A stretch of 64,000 bases of DNA, from positions 928,001 to 992,000 of the forward strand of contig CH464491.1 of NCBI GenBank assembly GCA_000002445.1, written 5' to 3'. Origin of the DNA: Trypanosoma brucei. Its lineage: Eukaryota. Positions 19,715 to 29,967 of the stretch are shown here, in pieces; position 1 is the stretch's first letter, and each line of letters starts with the position of its first letter. The position numbers and the translations under genes are program-made. Under the pieces are notes generated by a model. The model worked only from the letters and a program-made list of their open reading frames with translations. It did not search any database and was not told where the DNA came from.

Positions 19715-20989
19715 TTCCCTCTCCCACTTATTTCGCTCCTCTGTTTTCTTACACAGTGACCTTCCAATGATGTTGGTGCATCTTCAGAGACACTGCCGCA
19801 CCGCCGTCGTAGTTCCTCTGCTGAATTTTTATTTTTCAAATAATAAAGCAAGAAATAAGTTTGTAAGAATTTGTGATTGTTTACATATATATATATATAT
19901 ATATCCGTAATGGTTGTTATTACTACCTTTGTTGTTGTTGTTGTTGTTGTGGACAGAACAGGAGAGAATCAACCGAACAAAAATCCCCGAAGCTGAAAGA
20001 GAAACCAAACAAACAAACAAAAAAAAAAAGGAACTTCTTAAAACCTTCTTCCCCTCCGTTACATCTCATTTGCCATATCGGTGTGTGAAAGCACGGCTTT
20101 GCTACGATGCCCCGCCGTGTTTGTTTGTTTTTGTTTCATTTGGTCCGATGCATGGCTCTGATGAACTTCATTTTCTCTTCACATGCATACGTATCATATT
20201 CTTTTCTTTTACACTTTTCCCTCTTTTGTTCTTTCTTCATGTACGACTTGTGTGTCTTTCCCTTCTTTTCCCCGCCACCCTCATGCCTTTATTATTAAAT
20301 GACGCATGTGTACCAATGAAAGATGGAACTTGTTAGGTCGTTAGGTGAAGTTTTTCTTTTTTTTAAAAAAAAAAGAAAAAAAAAGAGAAAAAAATTTTCG
20401 AGCCATGGGAGAAGGCGTTTGATGTGTCGTGATGGGGAATGAGATGGAGGAATTGATGTGTGCGTGTGTGTGTTTGTGTGTGGCGTGCTCTTGTAATCTG
20501 AAGTTTAAATTTCAACCTTATGGCCATTGCGGTACTGATTTGGGTTTTTACCTCCCTCCCTCCCTCCCACTGTGTCAATCCTTTACATATTTATGTGTCA
20601 ATTTATTTATTTATTTGTTTGTTTATTTTTATTTATTTAATTTGCTGTTACTTTCATCCCGACATAATTTTGGACCTGTCGCCAATTGTGGTGTCCCCCC
20701 CAAAAAAAAATAAACATATTAATATTCATAAAGGAGAAGGGAAGGTTTTTGACATCAACGAAACTTAAAGGGAAAACAAGTCAACACGTGGAGAAAATTA
20801 AAGAGAAATAAGTGAAGCACAAGAAAAAGGGGAAAAAATAAAATAAAATAAAGAACTAACACAACATTTTCCTTAAAAAAAAAAAAAGGAATTCAAAGAA
20901 ATAGCAGTAGCAGAAGCAAAAGAAAAAGAAAAAAATAAAAAAAAAAGAAAAGCACCAAATACAATTATTATTTATCCACTTACGCATCA

Positions 20990-21406
20990 ATGGTTGAGGT
21001 ACCGCGTAATTTCCGTTTGTTGCAGGAACTTGAGGCGGGGGAAAAGGGAACAGGTGTAAGCCAAAGTGTCTCTATTGGCCTCAGTGGGATGGATGACATT
21101 TATATGCATAATTGGAATGGCACTATTCTCGGACCTCCCGGTACCACATTTGAGAATCGCATCCTCTCACTAGAAATTCACTGCGATGAACATTACCCCA
21201 AACGCCCGCCGAACATTAAGTTCATCAGCCGTGTGAACCTGCCGTGTGTGAGCAGTGATGGTACTGTTGATAAAAACAAGTTTGCCGTCTTCAAGACTTG
21301 GGATCGCAACTTCACAATGGCGCATTGTTTGATGGAACTCCGTCGGGAGATGTCGCTTCCAGCTAATAAAAAACTACCGCAACCGGAGGAGGGTTCAACG
21401 TATTGA
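20990..21406 (+). CDS. Ubiquitin-conjugating enzyme E2 variant (UEV/Mms2-like, catalytically inactive UBC fold)
   Basis: The N-terminus MVEVPRNFRLLQELEAGEKG and the segment WNGTILGPPGTTFENRILSLEIHCDEHYPKRPPNIKFISRVNLPCV align with the UEV1/Mms2 family. The HPN active-site motif is replaced by HYP and the catalytic Cys position is lost. The protein is 138 aa, a typical UEV size. Confidence 0.82.
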   Translation: MVEVPRNFRLLQELEAGEKGTGVSQSVSIGLSGMDDIYMHNWNGTILGPPGTTFENRILSLEIHCDEHYPKRPPNIKFISRVNLPCVSSDGTVDKNKFAVFKTWDRNFTMAHCLMELRREMSLPANKKLPQPEEGSTY

Positions 21407-21419
21407 TGAGGCCGCCATT

Positions 21420-21600
21420 TGTTGTGATCGCTGGCCCTCTTTCTTTTTCTTTTTTTTTTCCTTTTCTTTTTTTTTTTCTTCACCTTTCTTCATTTGTTTG
21501 TTTTGTTTGTTTTTGGTTCAATTCCTTCCTTCCTTCCTCCCCTCCCCTCCCCTCTCCTCTCTATTTCTCTCCTCTTTCTTTCTTTTTCTAAAACCCTCTG
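21420..21600 (+). promoter_or_regulatory. 180-nt homopyrimidine (C/T) block downstream of the UEV gene
   Basis: It is almost purine-free on the + strand (ctttctttttcttttttttttcc...cctcccctcccctcccctctcctctctatttctctcc). It is a candidate polyadenylation or trans-splicing control tract, but no ORF lies within 2.3 kb downstream. Confidence 0.5.
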
Positions 21601-22898
21601 CTACGACACTAAAACTATGATAATTATGATGGTAATAACTTTTAATTATTATTATTATTATTGCGATTATAGTTAATACTCTTATGTTCTCCTAAGTGTG
21701 TGTGCATGCGTTTTAAAAACAAAAAAAAAGGGGAAAGAAGGAGAAATGAAGTTAGAGCGGAAAAATAGGAGAAAAGTACGAGTCAACGTAAAAAAAAAAA
21801 GGAAGAAGAAACAGCACCAAATAAAAACGTGGGAGAAAAATGAAAAAAAAAAAGAAACAGAAACTGAAACTGACACAAGAAAATAATAAATTTTTTATTT
21901 GTAAAAAAGAATGAAGGAAAGAGGTAAATGTTAGGAGAGATTGGTTGGTAGGGCCATCATGTTGACAAGACAGAAAAGGCAAAAAAAAAACAAAGGGGGG
22001 CAGGAACAGAAATAAAGTAAAATGAGAAAAGGAGTTTTTTTTTTTTTTTTGAAAGAAAAAAAAGAAGAAAGGGAAAGGGATATGAGAGAGTGAATCGTAA
22101 TTATACACGGAAGTAAATAAAGGATGGAAGGAATTAATTGTGTGTGTGTTTTTTTTGTTGTTGTTGTTTTTTTGTTGAGGGGAGAGGAAGAAATAAAAAG
22201 AGAAGAATCAGAAGAAAAAGGGAAGAGAAAAAGAAAGTGGAAAGAGGGGAGTGTATAAGGAAGAGTTGCGAGGGAGTCATGCATCTATATATCCCATGCT
22301 GTGTGTTTCTTTTTTTTTTATTATTTGAAGGAGGGGGAAATAAAAACAACAATAACAACACTCATTACATGCGCACGCACAGGGACGACATGCGTTTGAA
22401 TTTGATATAAGAAGAAAGAATTGCTTGTGAAGAAGAAGGAATAGTGAACAGCGAACACCAATTTTTTTTTTCTAAAAAAAGAAAAAAAAAGGGACAAAAG
22501 GATGCATTGTTTTGAGGTTATGAGCGCCCGCCAATCCTAAACCCTCCATACTTTTAAAAAAAAAAATGATGTTTGAATGACGTCCATAACACATTTCTTC
22601 GAAAGCGAGGAGGAGGATAAAAGAGGATGAAATTGCTCAAAAAGAGTAAAAGGGATAAAAATGTATCATTTGAAATACTCCAGAAGTAACGCGGTATACC
22701 ATATAGGAAGCAGAATATATATATGGTATATGTTTTTCATGAAAGTTTCCTCTACTCTTCCAAAAAAAGAAAAAGAAGAAAAGAAAAAAAAAATCATAAC
22801 ATGAGCCTCAGAATGTTGCCGGACAAGTGAATGTACGTTTTTTTTTCTTTTTCTTCTTTTTTTTTTTCTTCTGTTCGACTTGATTTTGATATCTTCCA

Positions 22899-22961
22899 TA
22901 TATATATATATATATATGAGTGAGTGAGTGAGTGGGGGGGGAGGGAGGGAGGAAGGAAGGG
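22899..22961. repeat. Compound microsatellite (TA)9-(GAGT)4-G-rich (GGGA/GGAA)n
   Basis: Directly visible as tatatatatatatatatat gagtgagtgagtgagt ggggggggagggagggaggaaggaaggg. Confidence 0.9.
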
Positions 22962-23986
22962 AGTTGAAGGCCCGTCACTACTTGTGTGGACGAGCGTTTA
23001 TGTACGAGTGTGCTTGTGTTTGTGTTTGTGTGTGTGTGTTTTTGTTTTTTTTTTTCGTTTGTCGGTGTTCGTGTTCGTCTTTGAAAAGGGGGAGGGGAGG
23101 AGTTGCTGATGTTTCTCTTAACTTTGCTTTATTCTTGGTTCTGCGTTACCCTGCTTAATAAAAAAAAACAATATGTGAAGAAGGGAATTATATATATATA
23201 TATATAGAAGAAAGCAAAAACAAAAAAAGGAGCGAGATATAATTCTTCTGCTAGGGTGTTGCACTGTTCGTGAGTTCCCTCTTTTGTTCTTTTTTTTTGT
23301 TGTTGTTGTGAAGGTTGAGGAGTCAATTTGTAGGGACCACACGTATTGTCTCAATCTTCCATCTTTCCTTTCCTTTTTTGTGTGTGTTTTGTTCAGTATT
23401 TTATCTTTTTCCTTTTCACTCCACTGATTGCTCTTTTCTCTTTCCCTCTCTCTTGTAGTTGTTGTTTTGTCATATCAATGATAGATGAAAGGCAAGCTAA
23501 TAGAAAACATAAAACATGGCAGTCGGTGATATCAATGAGGTAACCTCTTTGTAAAGTCGGATGTATTGTTTTGATCCTGTGATTTGAATTATTATTTTCC
23601 TCAATGTCGGTTATATTATGAACATATGGGGGAGTGGAAGGTATACATAGGTGCAATTTGTGATGGTTTGTGTGAGAATATCACAAGCTTTCTAGCGGGT
23701 GCACTTCGTGGTCAGATGTTTTTTTTTCTTTTTCCTTGGGCTTCTTCACATCAACTGCAGGTGGTATTAGACGCTGCTGTTGAGATACTTGCGAGGATGC
23801 TGACGTGCAGAATTCCCCCAATAGCACAATATGTTGATTTGTTACTCTCTTCTATTCGACAGGTTTGTTTGTTTGTTTGTTTGTTTTTCCTTGTTCCCGG
23901 TTTCCTCATTTGTCTTTCCTTTTCCTATACTGCTTTTCATATCCGAAATTATATTTGAACTTTTGCTGGCTAATCCTGTGAAGCTT

Positions 23987-25054
23987 ATGCACGAACAAAT
24001 CCAGAAGCTCCTCTTAATGGGCCCTGCGAGGGCGGGAAAGACCAGCATGCGGAGTATAATCTTTGATAACTATTTACCTCGCGACACACTACGACTGGCA
24101 ATAACAATATCGCATGAGGAAAGCCGTGTTCGGTTATTAAATAACATGTACGTGAACCTGTGGGACTGCGGCGGGCAACAGCAGTACGTAGCGGAATATT
24201 TGAATCGACAGAGAGAGTGCATATTTCGTAATGTTGGTGTGCTCTTATTTGTCTTTGATATCAGTAGCATGAGCCGCGAGGAGAGTGACGTGTTCGGGGG
24301 GAAAACTTCCGAACAGAACTTGAGAGATACGTTTCAGTACTTCCGTGAGGCAGTGCAGCATGTCCGTACGTACAGTCCACAGGCGAAGGTGTTTGTGCTA
24401 CTGCACAAAATGGATGTCATTCAACAGAAGTTGCGTAGCAGCATTTTTGAGTCGCGGAAAAGGGAAATACTGAAGGAAGTTGAAAACGTTGGTGGTTCCG
24501 GTGGTGACGTTCAATTCTTTGCCACTAGTATATACGATGACACGCTATATCTTGCTTACAGCAACATTGTGAGATCGCTTATTCCGCATTGTGATGTTCT
24601 GACGAGGGCGATGGAGAAGTTGCTTGTGTCTTGTAACGCCTCTGAAGTTGCGCTGTACGAGCGCGGTACCTTTCTTTGTTTGACATACGTTAGCAAAATT
24701 GACGCTGCTGCCGCTGATAATGGGAGTTTGATAGCTGAAGACGATGGCAGTAACAGGGGTGATCGCTGTTCGGGAACTGAATCGCGAACGACTAAAGTTA
24801 GTGAGACAGTGAAGCATTTTAAGTTGAGCTGCATGAATAATGCAACAAGTCTGGAAGGATACCAGATGACAACGACCACGTTTACGGCACTCCTTCATCC
24901 GTTTACGAGCTGTACGTATGTTCTCATCTTCTCCGAAGACACTAGTGTTAATGTTGAGCTTCACAGAATTAACGTGCTAAGCGCCAGGTGGAATTTTGAG
25001 CAGTTTCTTCTCTCAGGAGATAGCATCGCTGAGGAAATGCGTAAAGTGTTGTAG
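23987..25054 (+). CDS. Ras-related GTP-binding protein RagA/Gtr1 family
   Basis: KLLLMGPARAGKTSMRSIIFDNY...LWDCGGQ closely matches the RagA/Gtr1 G1-G3 region. The protein ends in a roadblock-like domain. The six-frame ORF opens at 23831, but the first 52 codons are low-complexity poly-Y-tract sequence, so the start is placed at Met 23987 (MHEQIQKLLLMG). Confidence 0.82.
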   Translation: MHEQIQKLLLMGPARAGKTSMRSIIFDNYLPRDTLRLAITISHEESRVRLLNNMYVNLWDCGGQQQYVAEYLNRQRECIFRNVGVLLFVFDISSMSREESDVFGGKTSEQNLRDTFQYFREAVQHVRTYSPQAKVFVLLHKMDVIQQKLRSSIFESRKREILKEVENVGGSGGDVQFFATSIYDDTLYLAYSNIVRSLIPHCDVLTRAMEKLLVSCNASEVALYERGTFLCLTYVSKIDAAAADNGSLIAEDDGSNRGDRCSGTESRTTKVSETVKHFKLSCMNNATSLEGYQMTTTTFTALLHPFTSCTYVLIFSEDTSVNVELHRINVLSARWNFEQFLLSGDSIAEEMRKVL

Positions 25055-25354
25055 ACGCACAAGTACTGTTTCCTCTCTCTTCCTTCTGCACGGGTACGCT
25101 TGCGCGCTCTCTCAAAGGTTTCATTGAAATGCAGCGCAAGCTGTTATTGTTGTTGTTTTTCACACTTACCACTGTGCACATCTTTTTGCCAATTTCCTTT
25201 ACCATGCTCTCTTACCCCCCACCCCCTCCTCCCTCCTTGGTGGCTCATGTGTCACTTTGTGTGTGAGCATAATGAATTTTACATTTCATTATTTCTGGTC
25301 TCTTCCGGTCACTATCTCAACAATTCCTTATTTTCAACTTCCTTAAGAAGGTAA

Positions 25355-28300
25355 ATGTGCGGTGTGTCGGGGGTCGGTGGACATGACGTACCATTGCCTT
25401 CGCTCGTGACCTCCAGTGACAAGTGGCTTGTGTACGGCTGCGCTACCGACGCATTGGTTGTGTGTGCACTGAAGGATGAACTTCCCTCATCTTGTTCTTC
25501 TAACGCCGGTTCCACCGGAGGTGAGAGCGATTTTGTTCAAAATACATCTGTGGTATCGCTTCCCGCAGGTGAAGAGTTGTCTGTTGTTTGTATACATCCA
25601 GTAAAGGACCTTTTGTGCGTTGGGACTACGCTTAACGGCGTTTACCTGACGACGGCAGCGAACCCCAACTTTAGTGCCGGTGCAAAACTGTCCCTTCGAT
25701 TCAGCGGTATTGTCAGCCACTGTGCGTGTTTTGTTAATGGAGTAGAAGAGGGACATGACATATTGGTGATGTCGTGTTTGTTGGAGGAGGCACTAGTGGA
25801 ATGCCACAAACTGTTACTGTGGGACGTTTGTTCAAAAGCACTTCTTTGGCGGGGATGTACCGAAGCAATGGTCTCAATAACTGCTGTACCGGGAGTGGTT
25901 GGCTTTGCAAGCTGTTCGAGAAGGCACTTGCTAATGTGGTCTTTTCGTAACGGTGCCAGTAGTGCCTCTTCTTTAACTTCGACTGCCAACAGTGCTGTAG
26001 GGGCCGACGAAGACAGTGGTGGGACGATCACCGTTTTCAGTAAAACGTTCGCCGCTGTTGAGGAGCTGCATGATGTGGAGTATGTGTGCGTTGTCACTCC
26101 AGCCTCGTCGGCAGAGAAGTCGTTGACGGTTCTTACAACTAAGGGGTTCCTTGTCTCATTCAATCTCCATAGCGGTGAGCCACTCAAGTGGATGGACTGT
26201 AAAATTTCTTCAGTCACGTCAGCATACAGATGTGGAGGAGATATTGTGGTATGTGGCGGTCTTGTTCGTTTCTTCTCAGAGGACTGGGTGTTTCGTGGAA
26301 AGATCAGACCACCAGAGCACTCTCCTCATCCCGGGACACCCCATGCACCACATTCGACTGGTTTGACCTGCACAGGAGCTGCACCTTGTGGCGGTAACGC
26401 AATAGCTTTTTTCTTCACGGGAGGTGGTATCGTTAGATGCCGTATCGGGCGTTTGGGAGTTGAAGCAAAAATGTGTGACTCCGTAAGCACGTGCTCCAAG
26501 TTGACCTTTCATTGTGTGTACGAATATGTACCGATATCTCCGCATGATGCGCCTATTCAATTGTTGGCTCTGACGCCGGATGTGATATGCCTTCACTCGC
26601 GGCATCAGCTCCGATTGTATGGTACTCCTCTGTTGTTTAGTCGGGGCAACATGTCATTTGAGAGTACTTGCTGTGCGTATCATCGCGGTTTAGGCGTAAT
26701 TGCGATGTATGAATCTTCTGCCCACCAAATAGTTGCTGTAACACCGGGGTTGGAAAGGGTGTTATGTCGTTTGGGTTTGGAGGTGCCACTCACAGCCCTG
26801 ATCACCTTGGAAGATAACCAATTTGTAGGTTTGTCGGCCGCTAATACAATTATTTACCTTGAGGGACAGTGGGGGGAAGATATGCAGCACTTTTCCCTGC
26901 GGTTATTGCGAATACAACGTTTTGCGGAACTCAAGACGCCGTTCACGCATCTGGCATACTCAGCAGGTGTGTTGCATGTCGCCTCCTCCCGTGAGGTTGT
27001 TAACTTGCATACAGGGCACATTACTAGCTTCAACGATGATATCATTGCCCTAATTCCGGCCAGCGGCGGCGCATTGCTTGTAGTACACACTCACTCATGT
27101 ATTTTCTTGAGTCCTAGCGGGGTGACACCTGTTGGTTTCCCGTTCCTTGAGGCCGACTTGCGTGGTGCTGCGTCGTCCCTGGGCAGAAGGTACGTGGCGC
27201 TCTACAATGAAGGAAATGTGCATGTTGTTGAACTAAGCAGCGGTAAGCGCGTCAAGCATATCAGCGCCCAACGTGGTGCGAGCGGGGCCTCCCCAACTAC
27301 AATTAGATGTGTTGGATTCACAGCGGATGACAGCAGTATTGTGGTGTGTGATTCGAGAGGGGTTCTGGAGGTGCACGGCTTTGAGGGCACGGGGCTGATA
27401 TCACCCGGTATTTATGGTGATGCCACTTCGGCAGACGACACAAATACGAATCGCTTTTCTAGAGAAAGCAGTTGTTCCAGCAGTAGGCGTGCAAAGCAGC
27501 TCGATGGGCCCACGAGCACTGAGTTGCAGAACCGCTTCAAAGATTTACATGGTTTCTACGAGGCGTCCCGACGCGTGGCAACGGAACGAAAAGCTTACAA
27601 ACTGCCCGAGAGACATTCAAAGTTTGCAAGCAGCACTGGTACCAACTCATCATCAGGACGATCTACTCCAAGCCCACCAACGTCGGCCAACAGGAGTAGT
27701 GGGAAAAACGCGTTCCGTGTCCAAGACGGGGATGAGGGTTTGCTGCCAACGCCCAAAAAGTCGCCGTATCCAGCCCGGCGCTGGAAAGCAGCTGATGTGC
27801 CGGCAAGCTTACTTAATGTTGGTGCTGGTGGAAACGAAATTCTTGTTTCAGCTTCTTTAGTTGAAGTTTCGGCATTGACTTCCATAGATTCAAAACATAA
27901 CGATCTCAGTAGCGTGCTGGAAGGCGGAGCAGCCGCCTTATCGTGGGCAGTAAATGACATTCCACGCGACAGCGGAAAATGCAGGGTCCCGGACTCTCCC
28001 GCTTACGTTTTGCAGAGTCCTACACGGAAGGGAGAACCTTTGTTGAGCCCAATGAAAGTACCTGAGGACGACGTGGTAAACGTTGACTCGTTTGATCGCG
28101 TTGACCCGCGGCGGATCGAACGGCTACACTCACAGACTGCAGGGCACGATGACCCCACAGCGCTGCAGTGCCATCGTACAAATTCGTCTGACGGCATCGC
28201 GTCTCTGCGCGCAAGGTCGCTGGATATACGCGATGGGCTCAAAGAACTTGCTGATGCGTACGAGCGTCTCGGTGAAGAAGATGGGGATGATGTGGATGAG

Positions 28301-28525
28301 ACGACCATGGAAGAAATGTTCTCCACTGTAAGTCGACTCTATACAAGATTGCAGTCTCGTCAAAGCCGCCGCTCGAATAGCAGCTGTAGTTTCGCGAGTG
28401 ATCAGTCTTCGGCGTCGATCAACGCTATGCTCGCGAACCTACAGCTTCTGCAATGCCAAAATAGTCGTATAGAGGCCCAGAACCGCGAGATCCTGTCGAA
28501 ACTTAGCTCTGCGAACGGTCGATAA
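25355..28525 (+). CDS. Hypothetical protein (1056 aa), possible beta-propeller N-terminal region, Ser-rich disordered middle, C-terminal coiled coil
   Basis: The ORF is long, same-strand and sits behind a polypyrimidine tract. It has a coding-like, non-repetitive composition. No recognisable catalytic motif was found. The C-terminal 80 aa are heptad-like. Confidence 0.7.
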   Translation: MCGVSGVGGHDVPLPSLVTSSDKWLVYGCATDALVVCALKDELPSSCSSNAGSTGGESDFVQNTSVVSLPAGEELSVVCIHPVKDLLCVGTTLNGVYLTTAANPNFSAGAKLSLRFSGIVSHCACFVNGVEEGHDILVMSCLLEEALVECHKLLLWDVCSKALLWRGCTEAMVSITAVPGVVGFASCSRRHLLMWSFRNGASSASSLTSTANSAVGADEDSGGTITVFSKTFAAVEELHDVEYVCVVTPASSAEKSLTVLTTKGFLVSFNLHSGEPLKWMDCKISSVTSAYRCGGDIVVCGGLVRFFSEDWVFRGKIRPPEHSPHPGTPHAPHSTGLTCTGAAPCGGNAIAFFFTGGGIVRCRIGRLGVEAKMCDSVSTCSKLTFHCVYEYVPISPHDAPIQLLALTPDVICLHSRHQLRLYGTPLLFSRGNMSFESTCCAYHRGLGVIAMYESSAHQIVAVTPGLERVLCRLGLEVPLTALITLEDNQFVGLSAANTIIYLEGQWGEDMQHFSLRLLRIQRFAELKTPFTHLAYSAGVLHVASSREVVNLHTGHITSFNDDIIALIPASGGALLVVHTHSCIFLSPSGVTPVGFPFLEADLRGAASSLGRRYVALYNEGNVHVVELSSGKRVKHISAQRGASGASPTTIRCVGFTADDSSIVVCDSRGVLEVHGFEGTGLISPGIYGDATSADDTNTNRFSRESSCSSSRRAKQLDGPTSTELQNRFKDLHGFYEASRRVATERKAYKLPERHSKFASSTGTNSSSGRSTPSPPTSANRSSGKNAFRVQDGDEGLLPTPKKSPYPARRWKAADVPASLLNVGAGGNEILVSASLVEVSALTSIDSKHNDLSSVLEGGAAALSWAVNDIPRDSGKCRVPDSPAYVLQSPTRKGEPLLSPMKVPEDDVVNVDSFDRVDPRRIERLHSQTAGHDDPTALQCHRTNSSDGIASLRARSLDIRDGLKELADAYERLGEEDGDDVDETTMEEMFSTVSRLYTRLQSRQSRRSNSSCSFASDQSSASINAMLANLQLLQCQNSRIEAQNREILSKLSSANGR

Positions 28526-29023
28526 AGTGGTCACCCGCACAAGTTCTTGTCAAAGTTCCAGTCCAAGGGATTCTGTTTTGTTTTTTTTTGACCCCTCGAC
28601 AGCATTTCGCGTTGTTCTGTTTCTCCAAAAGAAAAAAAAGTGAAGAAAATCCCCTAAGACGTGGATTAGTCTTCTTAATAGTCCGGAAAACGCCACCTAA
28701 ATCATAGCAAATGGTCGCGAAGCAATCTGAATGAGGCGTGCTCTGTTCGGTATATTCATTTTCATGGGGATGTTGAGGGGCGTACATGTTGTTGTTCCTT
28801 TGAGTTGTTGCTGCTGCTCGAGGTGGCATCTGCGGCCTTCGCGCCCATCACGCGGCACCTTTAGTGTATAGGTGTCGTTATTTCGTTACTTGGGGAAGTG
28901 GTGCAAATAAACTACCTGCTTGCTTATCCCTACATTTCTACCCCTTTCCACCCCACATGCACACATTTTATGTATTTGCACTTTTACTGACCTCACGGGC
29001 ACATCAATTACTCAAGGTGACAC

Positions 29024-29776
29024 ATGTCCAAGTTATTTATATCTAAACTTCCAAAAACGGTCTCCGCGGAGGAAGTGAAAGAGTTTCTTGAGAACCTCAT
29101 GCCGGAAGCTACGCGCATCCAACTACTACTCGGCTCTCAGCACCACGAGCATAAGGGGTACGCCTACGCGCATTTTGCAGGGGAGGAGGCAGCCACAGAG
29201 GCATTACAACGTCTTTGTGGTGATGAGCCACCATCCCTGCACGGCGTGGCGATTACGGCAAAGCGCGCCAGTCGTGTCTCAGACGCGGTGGAAAGCGACG
29301 TGACGCCATTGCCGGCGGCGTTGGCACATTTTAGCCACTCGCAATGCGTAACGGTTGCACCCCCTTCACTCGTGGATGAACTTAATGGTGTTGTGGCTCG
29401 TTGTAGTGTAAACGACAATTTGGAGGCGGTAGCGTTTGCTACGGGGGCGGAAGCTGCGGCATGTGTGGCATCGAGTGGAGGACGGGTGGTGAAATGTACG
29501 CCTCCGCGGCTACCGGAGTTACTCGCCTCTCGTGAAGCAACAAAGCGAAGGCGCGAGGAGCCACCGGTAGTGAAGTCAGGTGAGGCAGCAACGGAGGGAA
29601 GCGCCGGGGATATCGTGACCGCTTACGAGCGACTCGGTTACACCGCGTTATCGCCTTCGCAGTTGCTTCAGCTTGTGGAAGATTTTTTAGAGGGCCGTGG
29701 ACGAGTCGCGGTTCAAGACCGTGAGGGACATGTGGCGTTGCTAAATCTCCCAGCGTATATTTCTGCGCTGGAGTAA
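29024..29776 (+). CDS. RRM-domain RNA-binding protein (single N-terminal RRM), hypothetical
   Basis: LFISKLPKTV is an RNP2-like motif. KGYAYAHFAGEEAATEAL is RNP1-like with the expected spacing. The remainder of the 250-aa ORF is Ala/Val-rich. Confidence 0.68.
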   Translation: MSKLFISKLPKTVSAEEVKEFLENLMPEATRIQLLLGSQHHEHKGYAYAHFAGEEAATEALQRLCGDEPPSLHGVAITAKRASRVSDAVESDVTPLPAALAHFSHSQCVTVAPPSLVDELNGVVARCSVNDNLEAVAFATGAEAAACVASSGGRVVKCTPPRLPELLASREATKRRREEPPVVKSGEAATEGSAGDIVTAYERLGYTALSPSQLLQLVEDFLEGRGRVAVQDREGHVALLNLPAYISALE

Positions 29777-29945
29777 AGTTTGCCGACGGTAAATGAAGGC
29801 GAAGAGGACGAAGCGCGGGGTCCTAATTTGTTTGTTTGTTTTCCCCGATATCTCCGTTCCGTGTTGGAATTAACAAAAGAAAAATATGGCACCATGTGTG
29901 TACGCACTGCCTTTTAGATGGGGGGAGGTGGGTTGTGTGAGATGA

Positions 29946-29967
29946 GGTTATGGTTAGGGTTAGGGTT
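29946..29967. repeat. Interstitial telomere-like repeat (TTAGGG)~3.5
   Basis: ggttat ggttag ggttag ggtt lies in the RRM-gene to flippase spacer. It matches the kinetoplastid and vertebrate telomere hexamer. Confidence 0.85.

Noticed and set aside
19655-19830. Candidate C/D snoRNA (ctgatgag ... ctga)
   Set aside because: The distance from C to D box is about 155 nt, too long for trypanosomatid C/D snoRNAs. No terminal stem or guide complementarity was identifiable by eye.
21505-21525. tRNA T-arm-like string ggttcaattcc
   Set aside because: It is embedded in a poly-pyrimidine tract. No acceptor or anticodon stem can be drawn and there is no A-box/B-box context.
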